Positions 29,014 through 39,452 of a stretch of DNA of 64,000 nt are shown here, in pieces. This stretch comes from a virus (taxonomy: Duplodnaviria > Caudoviricetes). The notes under the pieces are model-generated. The model did no database searches and was not told the origin of the DNA. It saw only the letters and a list, made by a program, of their open reading frames with translations. Position numbers and translations under genes: made by a program. Every line of letters starts with the position of its first letter. Position 1 is the stretch's first letter. The stretch covers positions 1 to 64,000 of IMG/VR virus record IMGVR_UViG_3300025018_000136. One strand, given 5' to 3'.

Positions 29014-29454
29014 ATGGAAAATTATATATACTTAATTATAATATTTGTTGTTAATATTTTAATCATAATAGTTACAAGAAAACACAGCACAATGGTTGCT
29101 GGATTGGATATTACGCTGACTGGATGTTTCTTATCTGGTTATTGGTTAAACTTTTCTTCTGGTGTATTAATATCCTTATTATTTATGATTAGTAGTTATG
29201 TCGCATTAATAGATATTACCCCAACAATGTTAATAACTATCCCAGTATCATTTATAGTTTTTATATGTGGAACGCTTACAGCCTCAACGAACATACCAAT
29301 AATGGTAGGAGTCATAATTGGGTTATTATTATATAGTCTTATATCAGACTTGTTAATTTTCAAGGTTTTTGGAACAGAAGACGTGTTCTTAATAATGTTT
29401 TCTGATATTAAAATGTTTGTAAGTAACATATTATTTTTTAGAATATTTTGGTGA
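29014..29454 (+). CDS. Polytopic membrane protein
   Basis: Four to five hydrophobic segments. Confidence 0.6.
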   Translation: MENYIYLIIIFVVNILIIIVTRKHSTMVAGLDITLTGCFLSGYWLNFSSGVLISLLFMISSYVALIDITPTMLITIPVSFIVFICGTLTASTNIPIMVGVIIGLLLYSLISDLLIFKVFGTEDVFLIMFSDIKMFVSNILFFRIFW

Positions 29455-29460
29455 GAAAAA

Positions 29461-29577
29461 ATGAACGAAAGAATGATGAAGTATCTTAATGATATAGTTG
29501 CTGTTCTTAAACAGATTATTAATGATGATAATCTTACTTCTGAAGATAAAGTAAGGCTTATAGGGATGATATTATGA
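29461..29577 (+). CDS. Small hypothetical protein, 38 aa
   Basis: ATG after GGTGAG; ATGA overlap with next ORF. Confidence 0.4.
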   Translation: MNERMMKYLNDIVAVLKQIINDDNLTSEDKVRLIGMIL

Positions 29578-29765
29578 GTTTTACATTTTCTGTTTTGTTT
29601 AGGGATAATTCTACACACAAAAAGAACAAATGGACACATCTTTTTTCTACATACGAAAAAAACTGGAAGGAAGATACAATAAGTTATTATAACAACAGCG
29701 AATATTTGTTTTCGCAAACTTTTCCAACATTTCTTGGAAGAGTTTATAAGTTTTTTAAAAGGTGA
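29574..29765 (+). CDS. Hypothetical protein
   Basis: Overlap-coupled ORF. Confidence 0.45.
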   Translation: MSFTFSVLFRDNSTHKKNKWTHLFSTYEKNWKEDTISYYNNSEYLFSQTFPTFLGRVYKFFKR

Positions 29766-29770
29766 ACAAA

Positions 29771-30052
29771 ATGGATTTAGAAAAAATCACACAAGATGAA
29801 TTTGAAGTTGTGCTGGACGAAAACGTATCTGCGTCAGAAGAGAGAACAAGGATGCTTAGACATGTTAAACAGTTGCGTGGTTATAATTTACACCACCACA
29901 AAGATTCTGTAGAATTCTTTTATGATAGGGATAACGATTTGTATGTTATGAGAGCACGTGGTATGAAAACTACTTTTAAACCAGACTCTCCAAAAGAAAC
30001 TTGGAAAGAGAGCTATATTCGTTATCAGAACGAAAATCCACATGCTCGTTAA
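29771..30052 (+). CDS. Hypothetical protein
   Basis: AGGTGA RBS; last + strand gene before the convergent junction. Confidence 0.55.
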   Translation: MDLEKITQDEFEVVLDENVSASEERTRMLRHVKQLRGYNLHHHKDSVEFFYDRDNDLYVMRARGMKTTFKPDSPKETWKESYIRYQNENPHAR

Positions 30053-30158
30053 ACGCATATAAGCGCGATTTAACAAGACTTTTTCTTAGCTTAGTAAAGT
30101 ACTATAGAATTAAAAAAGTAGCTAGGAACGCAACGGATTGCGTCCTAGTGTACTTTGT

Positions 30159-30428
30159 TTATTGTAATGCTGCTCTTCTCTTTGTAAACTGACTATAAAT
30201 CCAGTCTGCAACAGCAATAACAATTCCAGATACGATTGTAATCGCCTGGTCTAGGTCAGCAATTTGTACTCCAATAGCTATAATAGCTATAGGTGTTCCA
30301 AGGGAGACCACAGTTGTCATTAATCGTTTCCATTCAGGCCAATCGATGATTCCATCGATAAATGCGTTTTCTATCCACCCAAGGACTCCACGCAAAAGTG
30401 GAAACAACAGTGCTATATATTCGTTCAT
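30159..30428 (-). CDS. Holin-like membrane protein
   Basis: Multiple TM segments; distal end of the late operon. Confidence 0.45.
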   Translation of the reverse strand: MNEYIALLFPLLRGVLGWIENAFIDGIIDWPEWKRLMTTVVSLGTPIAIIAIGVQIADLDQAITIVSGIVIAVADWIYSQFTKRRAALQ

Positions 30429-30721
30429 TTTTTATCACCCGTGTCTTTTAGACTACATCTCATTATGTTTAGTAGTCCTAAAATAAATATGAATTTTGGT
30501 ATTATTTTAAAATAAAAAGTGTGAAAGACTTCTGGTTTAATTACTATTAAAAAAGAAGATAGTGCCTCTATAAATATTGTAGTAATAAGTGCTGCTGCAC
30601 TACCAACAATAATATTTCTATTTGAATTAAAATAAGAGTACCAATAGAGAAATGAAACTATTAAGGACACACTTATCAGTGTTATTGACAAACTATACGA
30701 TACTAAATGTTCCGATATCAT
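30425..30721 (-). CDS. Membrane protein (three TM segments)
   Basis: Hydrophobic segments. Confidence 0.55.
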   Translation of the reverse strand: MISEHLVSYSLSITLISVSLIVSFLYWYSYFNSNRNIIVGSAAALITTIFIEALSSFLIVIKPEVFHTFYFKIIPKFIFILGLLNIMRCSLKDTGDKK

Positions 30722-30723
30722 TT

Positions 30724-31002
30724 TTATATAACAAACCTCGAAAATACTTCTACCGCCTTTTCACCCAATGCAAGTAAAGCTAATACAGCTATTAACGCTA
30801 TGATTAGTTTATAAAACTTACCAGACATAAGTTTCAACAAAACCATTACTTCTCTATTATGTAATATATTCTGGTCATTCATCTGCAATATGTTATCTGT
30901 CATCTTATCTAGCTTTGAAGCTACATCAACCGTCAATTTGGCGTTCATTTTCGAAAGTTCTTTATATATTTCTATTGCTTCTCTATCTTCCACTATAATC
31001 AC
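30724..31002 (-). CDS. Coiled-coil + C-terminal TM protein (lysis-cassette-like)
   Basis: Helical N-terminus; LIIALIAVLALLALG. Confidence 0.45.
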   Translation of the reverse strand: MIIVEDREAIEIYKELSKMNAKLTVDVASKLDKMTDNILQMNDQNILHNREVMVLLKLMSGKFYKLIIALIAVLALLALGEKAVEVFSRFVI

Positions 31003-34000
31003 TTGTAAAGTAAAGTTACACTTTCATATGTAGGAGACGTTGCTGAAGTAGTGCTTCTATGAAGCTCCATTCTAAATCCAAAGCTACTACCAGTATTCGT
31101 GAATGTGTGAACCTCTCCTGGCGTGTAAGTCTCCCAATTGCTACCACCATCAGCAGTAACCGTATATATATCATTATCTATTAAAAGGTTTGAATAAGTT
31201 CTGAACTCGCACTGAGACACAACTTTATCAGTAATTCTAAAATCAGAAGTTGCTGTGCCAACAGTAGCTGCTGAGACCAACTTAAGTCTTCCACTAACTT
31301 CTTCTGTATTAAGATGAGTCATAATTGATGGGTCTTCGTCAAAATAGACTGTATAACTATTTTCCATTGAATTAATATTAGATATTGTGTCTCCAATCTC
31401 GTCTGGGTTAAGTTTCTCTACAAAGATATCGGATATACCAACGTTCTTCTTAGATATTTCTACAGATGTTGTAAACCCACTGTTACTTAAATTATGAGTA
31501 AATGATTGAACCCTGTTATATCCAGTTATACCACAATTAGCAACTGTTACAGATATAAGTTCTCCTGGGTTAAGAGTAGATAAACCATACGATGTAACTT
31601 GGCCACTGAAAACATCTTCTATTCCTTTAGCTAGTTCAAAGTCTGCTTTATCTTGAACCTCGTCTGTTGTAGTAAGGTCTCCATCAGTAATTATAAGGTC
31701 TTTAATCCACAAATCTGCTTGTGATGCGTCATCATTTTCAGATTTAAGCAATATAATGTTGTCCGATTCTTGTTTACCATAAACAAACACTCTGTTTGAA
31801 ATTGCTGTGTTGTCTTTACCATAACTATTTACACCAATAAGGTTAGAACCATAAGATATAGATTCATCATTGTTTATTACATCGTCTTGTGTAAAAGTTC
31901 TAAGATACCACTGCTCACCTTCATCAAAATACCACATATAACAGTCTAAGCCAGCACGTTTAAATATGTCTGTTATTACAGTCCATGCTTTTTTATGCTG
32001 ATATGAAATATTAATAAGCTCTGTTGGATAATCTGTAACAGATGTAGACCAACTAATTAAACCAGTCCCAGGATTATAAGTAGCTTCAGCCCACTCATCT
32101 CCATCCCAGAAAACCATAATAATGTCTGGAAAATCATTATATAGAATTTTTCCAACTGATTCTGCTGCAGTGGCTGCAACATGTGCTCCAGTAATAGTCT
32201 TATCAATAAGCTCTGGATAATCACGCCCATCTATATCTATATAGAATCCACTAGACATATCTGCTCCATAAGATACATTATCAATGTAACCTTTAAATAA
32301 TAATTGAGCAAGTGTATTTAAGCTAGCATAACGAATAGCGTTTCCTTCATTATATAAAACACTTACCTCGTTTTCACTCAATACTCTATTAGTCCAAAGT
32401 GCAATCTCGTCTATCTGAGAAGAAAGCCCATAAGAATAAGTCGTAGGAGAACCTATATATTTAAACGTTAAATCTGCTACCATCATCTCGCCAAAACTAT
32501 TAATGTGAGAACCATCAATATATAAGTTAACGTTTGCTGAAGTTTGTTCATTATAAAGATTACTATAAAGAGTTGTTATCTCATCATCTGTCAACGCTTT
32601 ATCAAAAACCATAATATCATCTATTAATCCGTTGAAATAATTACCTGACACATATCTCCCAACATAGAAATTTAGATTAGTTGCTGAAGGAATATCTGTT
32701 CGAATGCTAGTATTTGTTTTATGTTTTATACCATTAACATATCCTATTAATTCATCGTTTGTTTTACTAACAGTAAACGCAATATGAACCCATTCTCCAA
32801 GATAATCATCTATGCCTACAGTGTCGCTAAGAGGATAAAAAGTGTCCCCACCAGTCCCATATAATCTAGCATGCCATCTAGAACCAAGAGAATAATTTAA
32901 AAGTTCCCATTTTGTAGTATTAGCAACAATTCTACTATCTACAGAAGGAGCAATTGATGCTTTAACCCATAAAGCTACAGTAAATTCATCATTATCAACA
33001 TCTTCAAAACTAGAAGTTGAAAGATACGACGTAGAACCATTAAAGCTCATACAAGAATTTACAGAATTAAATCTGTTAGTACCATCAGTTGCGTTAGTAT
33101 TGGTTAAAGAACCCCCATAACTACTAAAATCATCAATAGTTGTAGATAAATCGTTATAAGAAAACGGATAATAACATCTTAAAGTAGCATCTGTCATATC
33201 CCAAGGAGTAGTTGTTGTTAATACAACATGATGCCAGGCAGTATCATTAAGTGTATCACTATCACCTATAGATACTATAGCATTATTAACATCTGGCTCT
33301 ATTCTAATATCGTTCCCGCTATCTATCTCAAAATGCCTATTGAAAGAATTTGGCGCATAATTAAAAATAGTTTCATGCTTACCCTCTTCGCCACGTTTAA
33401 TCCAGAAAGATATTGTAGAACCATTTTTATTAATAACAACATAATCAGTTAATTCTACATATGAATTAAAATAACCATTAATATTATATTTTTGGCCTAA
33501 CATATCTAAACTAGAAACTATCTTTCCAGTTGTATTATACGGAATAGTCATTCTATGATTATTTGTTATAGTGTATAATTTGCTAACTTCAGAGTCTGTT
33601 AACATAGATTTCACAAAGAATACGTCATCTATGTAACCCTCAAAAGTAGAAGGTGCAATATGATTAGAAGTAATATTTCCACCAATTTCAGCATTTCCTG
33701 CTCCATTACAAGTTTTAAAATCTGGATACAACACATTTGTTCCTTCTAAAACTCCATCTGCGTATACATAAATTCTTTTAGATATTCTTATATCATCATT
33801 ACCGTCATTATAAATCTGTAATATCTCATCGTCTGTCAGTGCCCTAGCCCAAATAGCAACATCGTCAATAGCTCCATCCATAAGATTAGTTGTAGAATCA
33901 TATGCTCCTATGTTTAAAGTTGTGCTTGTAGTAGCGTTTCCTCCAGTAACAGTAGTTGTTAATGTTTGTTTAACACCATTAATAAATAGTTCAACGTCTC

Positions 34001-36527
34001 CAACAACTCTAGTAGATGTGGTTGTTACTACATTTGTTCTTGCTACAACATGATACCATGTGCCTGTAGTTATTGTGCCTACAGAATAATATCTTCTTCC
34101 AGCAGTAGAACCCTGAGCTTCAACTCTTATTCTTCCATCTGTTTGAACATCAAACGTATGATATCCGTTATAAGAAGTTATTGTTCTAACGCTACTTAAA
34201 TTATCAACCTTAATCCAAGCAGAAGTTGTTTGTATATCTCTACTGTTTACACCGCTAAAACTAGTTTTCTGAAGATACTGATTTACACCATCTAAAACAA
34301 CAGCATTACTAAATTTACCGCTAGTATAAGTAGGACTATTATATTCAGTCATATCGTTGCTTCCGTATTCATCACCAGCGTCACTTTCCATCCAATAAAC
34401 TGATACTAAATCTGTAAATAAAGATTCTTGTGCGCCGAATACACCAACAACTTGATGCCACTCATTATCGGATAAATTAGTAGTACCTAAAACAGTTACG
34501 TCTTGGCCTGTTATTCTATCTTCTACGTGCCAACTAGCATATCCTGTTGTTACAGCAACAACAAATTGATAATTATCATTGTTATCAGTAGCGTTTCCGT
34601 TATCAGACTTATATATAAATGTTCTGCCTGCAGTGTCTGTTTTAATCCATGCACCAATAGTGAACGACATATCATCAACTGGACTAAGTCCTCCATCAGT
34701 ATTATCTAAAATAATATTGTTCTTAATGCCGTCAAAATAATAACATTTGTTTAAACTACCAAATCTATCTGTTGCAAGTTGAGCAGAATCTATATTTATG
34801 TTCTCTGTACCAGAACCGCTATTATAAGCTCTGGCTATATCACCGGAATTAAGTATACCATCATAAATTCTAAGGTCATCTATTGAGCCATCAAAAAAGT
34901 CACTAGGAGTAGCTGTGTCCCACTCTTGCCCAACAACAAACAAATCAGTGTTTGCAACTGTTACAGTTGTAGATAAATCAGTATCTACAGAATTACCATC
35001 AACGAAAAGTTCCCAGTCACCAGCACTATGGTCATAAGTAAAACCAACATGATGCCATTGGTCATCTCTAAGATTAGTAGAACCAGTAACTATTGGTGTA
35101 GAAACATTTTGAACTGAAATATAACCAGAAGTATTAATAAAAAACAATATTCTATTTGTTACTCCTGAAGAATCACTAACTCCTAGAATCATATCGTTTC
35201 CAGAACCAGAAGAGTTCGCTTTAATCCACGTAAAACATGACATATCAGAAGCTGCCAGCTCATCAGCAATATCACCATAAACATTTTTTACTACGCGCGC
35301 ATAACCATCTACAGGTTCTCCCCATGTAATAACTGCTGTGTTTGCGTCTGTTATTGATATATCTGTTGGCTCTATTCTATGGTGACTATTATCAAAACAA
35401 GCTATAAGAGGATATTCATCATTTAAAGAATGTGTAATATTCCACGTTGTACTAGAAGTGCCATTAGTATAAGTATAATCACCAGTTCTAAAACTAACGA
35501 TAGCATATCCTGACTGAGAACTATCAAAAGTAAGGGTTCTTATATCTGCGCTAGTATAATTATCAGTTAATGGTTCAATAACATATCCATTTAAATCATA
35601 TACTGTAACTATTGGTCTAGAAACATCAAAGTTGTGACTTATAGTCCAAGTTGTACTACTAATTGTTTGCGTATGTAAATAATCTTCAGCAACACTAGTC
35701 CTAAGAATTCTGACGTATCCTGTTGTTGCCTCTCCAAACTCTAGATAAAGAGAGTTCTCATCAAGTGCACGTGCAACTTCTGGCTGAATAATATTTCCAG
35801 AATCATCAAAACATTCAAAGTTTACATATTTAAAATTAAGATTGTGATTAACGAACCACGTAATACTACTTGTAAACGCATATAGGTGAATACTGGACGT
35901 ATCTGATGGATTAAGTTCTATATAATCTGTACTACCATCAAACTCAAATGCATCATTAATTTTACCAGTAACGTTTAACTCATTAGTATTATTCTGAGAA
36001 AGACCATCGAACCCATTAGCACTAGTATCAGTAACCGTCTTAGAATCTGTATTATCATTCATTCTATATTGGGCTACTAGGTTTGTTGAAAGAGTACCAT
36101 TATGAGATGGAGTATAACTCACATCGTTAGCATTACCATTAAACCCGTAAACTGCCTCTGCTCTAATCTGAAAAGTGCCATTGTTTCCTGAAATCTCATC
36201 AATAATATAATTACCACTATCACATTTATAATAGTGGTCAAGACCAGTTAAAAAATTAATATCTTGAGGAACACGATATCCTCCATAGATTGACACCAGT
36301 TCGCCGCCACCAAATGTGTTTAAAAACTCACCATTACTATTAGTAACCCTAAGATTAAATCTACCAAGACTATCAGTCACAGATTTAACAACTTGACCAC
36401 TAATCACATTGTTATCACTAGTAGTACTGCTCTGAGAATCCATAATTGTATGTACAACATCAGAATCATCTTTTATTTGAACCCTAAAGCTTGGACGGGC
36501 AGCATCAGTCTCAGTCAACGAAGTCAT
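30999..36527 (-). CDS. Tail hub/tip protein with a large insertion of LamG (ConA-like) domains
   Basis: Hub-like N-terminus resumes at LFKGYIDNV; WHHV/WHQV/WYHV/WVHI and DGxIDD LamG motifs; follows Dit and TMP. Confidence 0.75.
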   Translation of the reverse strand: MTSLTETDAARPSFRVQIKDDSDVVHTIMDSQSSTTSDNNVISGQVVKSVTDSLGRFNLRVTNSNGEFLNTFGGGELVSIYGGYRVPQDINFLTGLDHYYKCDSGNYIIDEISGNNGTFQIRAEAVYGFNGNANDVSYTPSHNGTLSTNLVAQYRMNDNTDSKTVTDTSANGFDGLSQNNTNELNVTGKINDAFEFDGSTDYIELNPSDTSSIHLYAFTSSITWFVNHNLNFKYVNFECFDDSGNIIQPEVARALDENSLYLEFGEATTGYVRILRTSVAEDYLHTQTISSTTWTISHNFDVSRPIVTVYDLNGYVIEPLTDNYTSADIRTLTFDSSQSGYAIVSFRTGDYTYTNGTSSTTWNITHSLNDEYPLIACFDNSHHRIEPTDISITDANTAVITWGEPVDGYARVVKNVYGDIADELAASDMSCFTWIKANSSGSGNDMILGVSDSSGVTNRILFFINTSGYISVQNVSTPIVTGSTNLRDDQWHHVGFTYDHSAGDWELFVDGNSVDTDLSTTVTVANTDLFVVGQEWDTATPSDFFDGSIDDLRIYDGILNSGDIARAYNSGSGTENINIDSAQLATDRFGSLNKCYYFDGIKNNIILDNTDGGLSPVDDMSFTIGAWIKTDTAGRTFIYKSDNGNATDNNDNYQFVVAVTTGYASWHVEDRITGQDVTVLGTTNLSDNEWHQVVGVFGAQESLFTDLVSVYWMESDAGDEYGSNDMTEYNSPTYTSGKFSNAVVLDGVNQYLQKTSFSGVNSRDIQTTSAWIKVDNLSSVRTITSYNGYHTFDVQTDGRIRVEAQGSTAGRRYYSVGTITTGTWYHVVARTNVVTTTSTRVVGDVELFINGVKQTLTTTVTGGNATTSTTLNIGAYDSTTNLMDGAIDDVAIWARALTDDEILQIYNDGNDDIRISKRIYVYADGVLEGTNVLYPDFKTCNGAGNAEIGGNITSNHIAPSTFEGYIDDVFFVKSMLTDSEVSKLYTITNNHRMTIPYNTTGKIVSSLDMLGQKYNINGYFNSYVELTDYVVINKNGSTISFWIKRGEEGKHETIFNYAPNSFNRHFEIDSGNDIRIEPDVNNAIVSIGDSDTLNDTAWHHVVLTTTTPWDMTDATLRCYYPFSYNDLSTTIDDFSSYGGSLTNTNATDGTNRFNSVNSCMSFNGSTSYLSTSSFEDVDNDEFTVALWVKASIAPSVDSRIVANTTKWELLNYSLGSRWHARLYGTGGDTFYPLSDTVGIDDYLGEWVHIAFTVSKTNDELIGYVNGIKHKTNTSIRTDIPSATNLNFYVGRYVSGNYFNGLIDDIMVFDKALTDDEITTLYSNLYNEQTSANVNLYIDGSHINSFGEMMVADLTFKYIGSPTTYSYGLSSQIDEIALWTNRVLSENEVSVLYNEGNAIRYASLNTLAQLLFKGYIDNVSYGADMSSGFYIDIDGRDYPELIDKTITGAHVAATAAESVGKILYNDFPDIIMVFWDGDEWAEATYNPGTGLISWSTSVTDYPTELINISYQHKKAWTVITDIFKRAGLDCYMWYFDEGEQWYLRTFTQDDVINNDESISYGSNLIGVNSYGKDNTAISNRVFVYGKQESDNIILLKSENDDASQADLWIKDLIITDGDLTTTDEVQDKADFELAKGIEDVFSGQVTSYGLSTLNPGELISVTVANCGITGYNRVQSFTHNLSNSGFTTSVEISKKNVGISDIFVEKLNPDEIGDTISNINSMENSYTVYFDEDPSIMTHLNTEEVSGRLKLVSAATVGTATSDFRITDKVVSQCEFRTYSNLLIDNDIYTVTADGGSNWETYTPGEVHTFTNTGSSFGFRMELHRSTTSATSPTYESVTLLYK

Positions 36528-36529
36528 AA

Positions 36530-38359
36530 TTATTCACACACCATGCATATACCATTTATTGAAGGATAACCAGTTGTAGGACTTGAATCTTTAGGATTAA
36601 GTCTCACAAGTAATTGTGTAGGAGAATATTCAAAAGTTGAAAAACTACTCATTGTAGTTCCGTCATTTGCATTAAGCCAACCAGTGTCCTCTTGGTCTAT
36701 ATATTTATCAACATAAATGTTGTCAACCCAGCAAGTACTAGTTCTTCCACCAGAGTAATACTCCCAACCAATGATTTCTATTCTAAGAGTAGCAGAAGAT
36801 TTTCTTGAAGATGCTGTAACATCTCCACTTCCTGTAGTCCAAGAAGAATCATTTTGTGTAGCACCAGAACCAGCAGTCTTAGTCCTAGTATAAACAACAT
36901 CATCATCTATATATATATTAAGCTGCACACTACCGTTTGTAGTATTTAACCAATTAGACACATGAATCTTATTCCAACCTCTAGTATCTACTATCTGGTC
37001 AGCATGAACGTATGCACCTTCATTGTTAGACTGACTAGATTCAGCTGTTTTAAAAGACCACGTACCGTCTTCTGCAGCATCACTAGAACGTGTATAAGAA
37101 GACCAACTACCACTAATAGAAACATCCCACTCATCACCTAGAGCGTTTTCAAAACTATAATTCTCTATTTCTGTAGTTAAAGTACTATTAGTTGTTGATA
37201 AAATTCTATAATCGACACTGATACCTTCTTCCCAATCTTCTACTTTATAAGCAAGAAGACTAGCACCTATACCAGAAGGTACCCTATTAGCTGGAATATC
37301 GTGGGTAATTATAGTTGAAGGATTTTCTGTAGCTGCAGTAAAATCTGGAATACCATAAGTAGCATAATAACTGTTTGTATAATAACTATAATCTGAAGAA
37401 GGACTACCATCTGGGTTAGAAAAAACCCAAGATATTGCTCCTTTAGTTAATATTATTGCATAAGCATATCTAACACCATAATTACTATCAGTTCTACTTG
37501 GTCTTAATTCTAATTCACATGTTGCTGGATTAGTTATTTGGTCAGAAGATGTATCTATTCCTGTCTCATCACTTACTGGTTGTCCAGTATAATTTAGATT
37601 AGTACTGCTTGGCATTTCCCACTGAACGTACGGATTATAACTATCAGTATATCCGTTAAGATAAGACCAACTATCAACTAAATTATCAGACGTGTTCTCA
37701 AAAGTACCAGTATATCTAAACACAGGCTCAGAATAACCTATTGACTCTTTACCATAAAGATATGCCAAATGACATCTTCTACCAACATCATCTGTAACAG
37801 ATGTCTTCATAGCAGTAATATCTGGACATTTAAGAACAGCAGGATTAGTACCATTAGTACCATAAAACAGGGTTTTTATAATTTGAGCATGTCTAACATC
37901 ATACGTACCAGTACTACAATAAACAACCCATTTACCAATGTCAAATTCAACAGCTGTACAATTATTAATATTGAAAACGCTTTCTGAAACTGCTGTAGCC
38001 TCAATAATAACATATGGCATAGTTAAATCTATAGCTTTATATTTGTCAGTATCAAAATCTGCATTTGTATTTATAGTATCTACAGTTCCAAATCTTCCAT
38101 CTGTATCAGTATATGCCTCAACATAAAAATCATTTCCGTTACTGAACGTTATTGCTCTATCAATAGACTGATTAATAGTGTTTATTCCTTCAACTTTAAA
38201 CGCTATGCCTGAATCCATTGGAGAACTAACTTCTTTGATAATACTGTTTGCATCCTGGAATTTAAGATTATCACTGGCCGCATCAATAAACATACTGTCA
38301 TCTACTGCGGAACCAACTCCTATTTGTGAAAAAACTTTTGAACCAGATACTTTTACCAT
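36530..38359 (-). CDS. Virion tail-associated protein, paralog 3 (RBP-like)
   Basis: Shares N- and C-terminal modules with the two upstream genes. Confidence 0.6.
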   Translation of the reverse strand: MVKVSGSKVFSQIGVGSAVDDSMFIDAASDNLKFQDANSIIKEVSSPMDSGIAFKVEGINTINQSIDRAITFSNGNDFYVEAYTDTDGRFGTVDTINTNADFDTDKYKAIDLTMPYVIIEATAVSESVFNINNCTAVEFDIGKWVVYCSTGTYDVRHAQIIKTLFYGTNGTNPAVLKCPDITAMKTSVTDDVGRRCHLAYLYGKESIGYSEPVFRYTGTFENTSDNLVDSWSYLNGYTDSYNPYVQWEMPSSTNLNYTGQPVSDETGIDTSSDQITNPATCELELRPSRTDSNYGVRYAYAIILTKGAISWVFSNPDGSPSSDYSYYTNSYYATYGIPDFTAATENPSTIITHDIPANRVPSGIGASLLAYKVEDWEEGISVDYRILSTTNSTLTTEIENYSFENALGDEWDVSISGSWSSYTRSSDAAEDGTWSFKTAESSQSNNEGAYVHADQIVDTRGWNKIHVSNWLNTTNGSVQLNIYIDDDVVYTRTKTAGSGATQNDSSWTTGSGDVTASSRKSSATLRIEIIGWEYYSGGRTSTCWVDNIYVDKYIDQEDTGWLNANDGTTMSSFSTFEYSPTQLLVRLNPKDSSPTTGYPSINGICMVCE

Positions 38360-39450
38360 TATTCAGTATACACCCATATTCCTTCTATTGCAGGATATCC
38401 ATAAGTTGCTGTAGTCCCAGGAGTATCAAGTTTAACAAGAACCTTAGTAGGTTCACTGGTTAAAGCTGTATATCCAGTAACTTCTTCTGAACCAATCCAC
38501 CCACTATCTTCACCAGCATTAGCAATTTTATATTGAACTGTATCACCAGTCTCCCAATTCGTATCATTAATAAACGCAACACCAAAACCAGATGAAGGAG
38601 TAGCATTAAATGTTCCACTATCGACATCGTGTGTTATATAACAATCTCCAGCAACAGTGTCTGTGGAATAGCTAAATATACTTACACGTAACTCGTGCCC
38701 GGATGCTTCAAGATAACTAGCTGCATAAAACAACAATCTTATACCTTGCACACTGGCATTTAAGTATACTGTGCCACCACTATAAATAAATACGCCACTA
38801 CTAGAAAAAAGGGTTTGTACATCACTCCACGTTGAACCATCATATGTTTGCAATATTACACGATTAGTTCCACTATATCCAATTCTATTAATATCCATAT
38901 AAAAATTAACAGAAACATACTGTATGGTTTTAGCACTAAAAGTAGTTCCAAAAGCTATTGTATTAGCCTGAAGCTGAGTATTTGTAGGAGCACAAGTAGC
39001 ATATGTAGAGGTATCATTATCATACCCATTTGAAGCATTAGTCCACGTAACAATTGCAGCATGAGGAGTATCGCCAGAAGATTCGTTATTTGTTATATTA
39101 CGCAAATAACCTATTCTATCTGTTTCTCCATCAGTATCACAATATGCAAAAAAAGAATTAGCTAAGTCTATAGTATTGTATAAACCATTAGAGTCTGTGT
39201 ATAATTCAGAAAAACCATCCTTATCATCTGCAGAAAAATCTACTGTCCTATCTTTCATTTGTCTAATTCTATTAAGACCTGATAAAGTTAATAGTTTGTT
39301 CTGAGATAGTTGTTTTTCTATTTTTAATATGTTTGAATTAGAATCTACAAATTTTATCTTGTTATCACTAGAATCAAGAAATACTGAATTATCTTCAGCT
39401 GCAGTACTTGATATACCATTAAACAGTAATGACCCTTGTGTCTTAACCAT
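38359..39450 (-). CDS. Virion tail-associated protein, paralog 2 (RBP-like)
   Basis: MVKTQGS start; LQTYDGSTWS discoidin-like core. Confidence 0.6.
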   Translation of the reverse strand: MVKTQGSLLFNGISSTAAEDNSVFLDSSDNKIKFVDSNSNILKIEKQLSQNKLLTLSGLNRIRQMKDRTVDFSADDKDGFSELYTDSNGLYNTIDLANSFFAYCDTDGETDRIGYLRNITNNESSGDTPHAAIVTWTNASNGYDNDTSTYATCAPTNTQLQANTIAFGTTFSAKTIQYVSVNFYMDINRIGYSGTNRVILQTYDGSTWSDVQTLFSSSGVFIYSGGTVYLNASVQGIRLLFYAASYLEASGHELRVSIFSYSTDTVAGDCYITHDVDSGTFNATPSSGFGVAFINDTNWETGDTVQYKIANAGEDSGWIGSEEVTGYTALTSEPTKVLVKLDTPGTTATYGYPAIEGIWVYTE

Positions 39451-39452
39451 TT

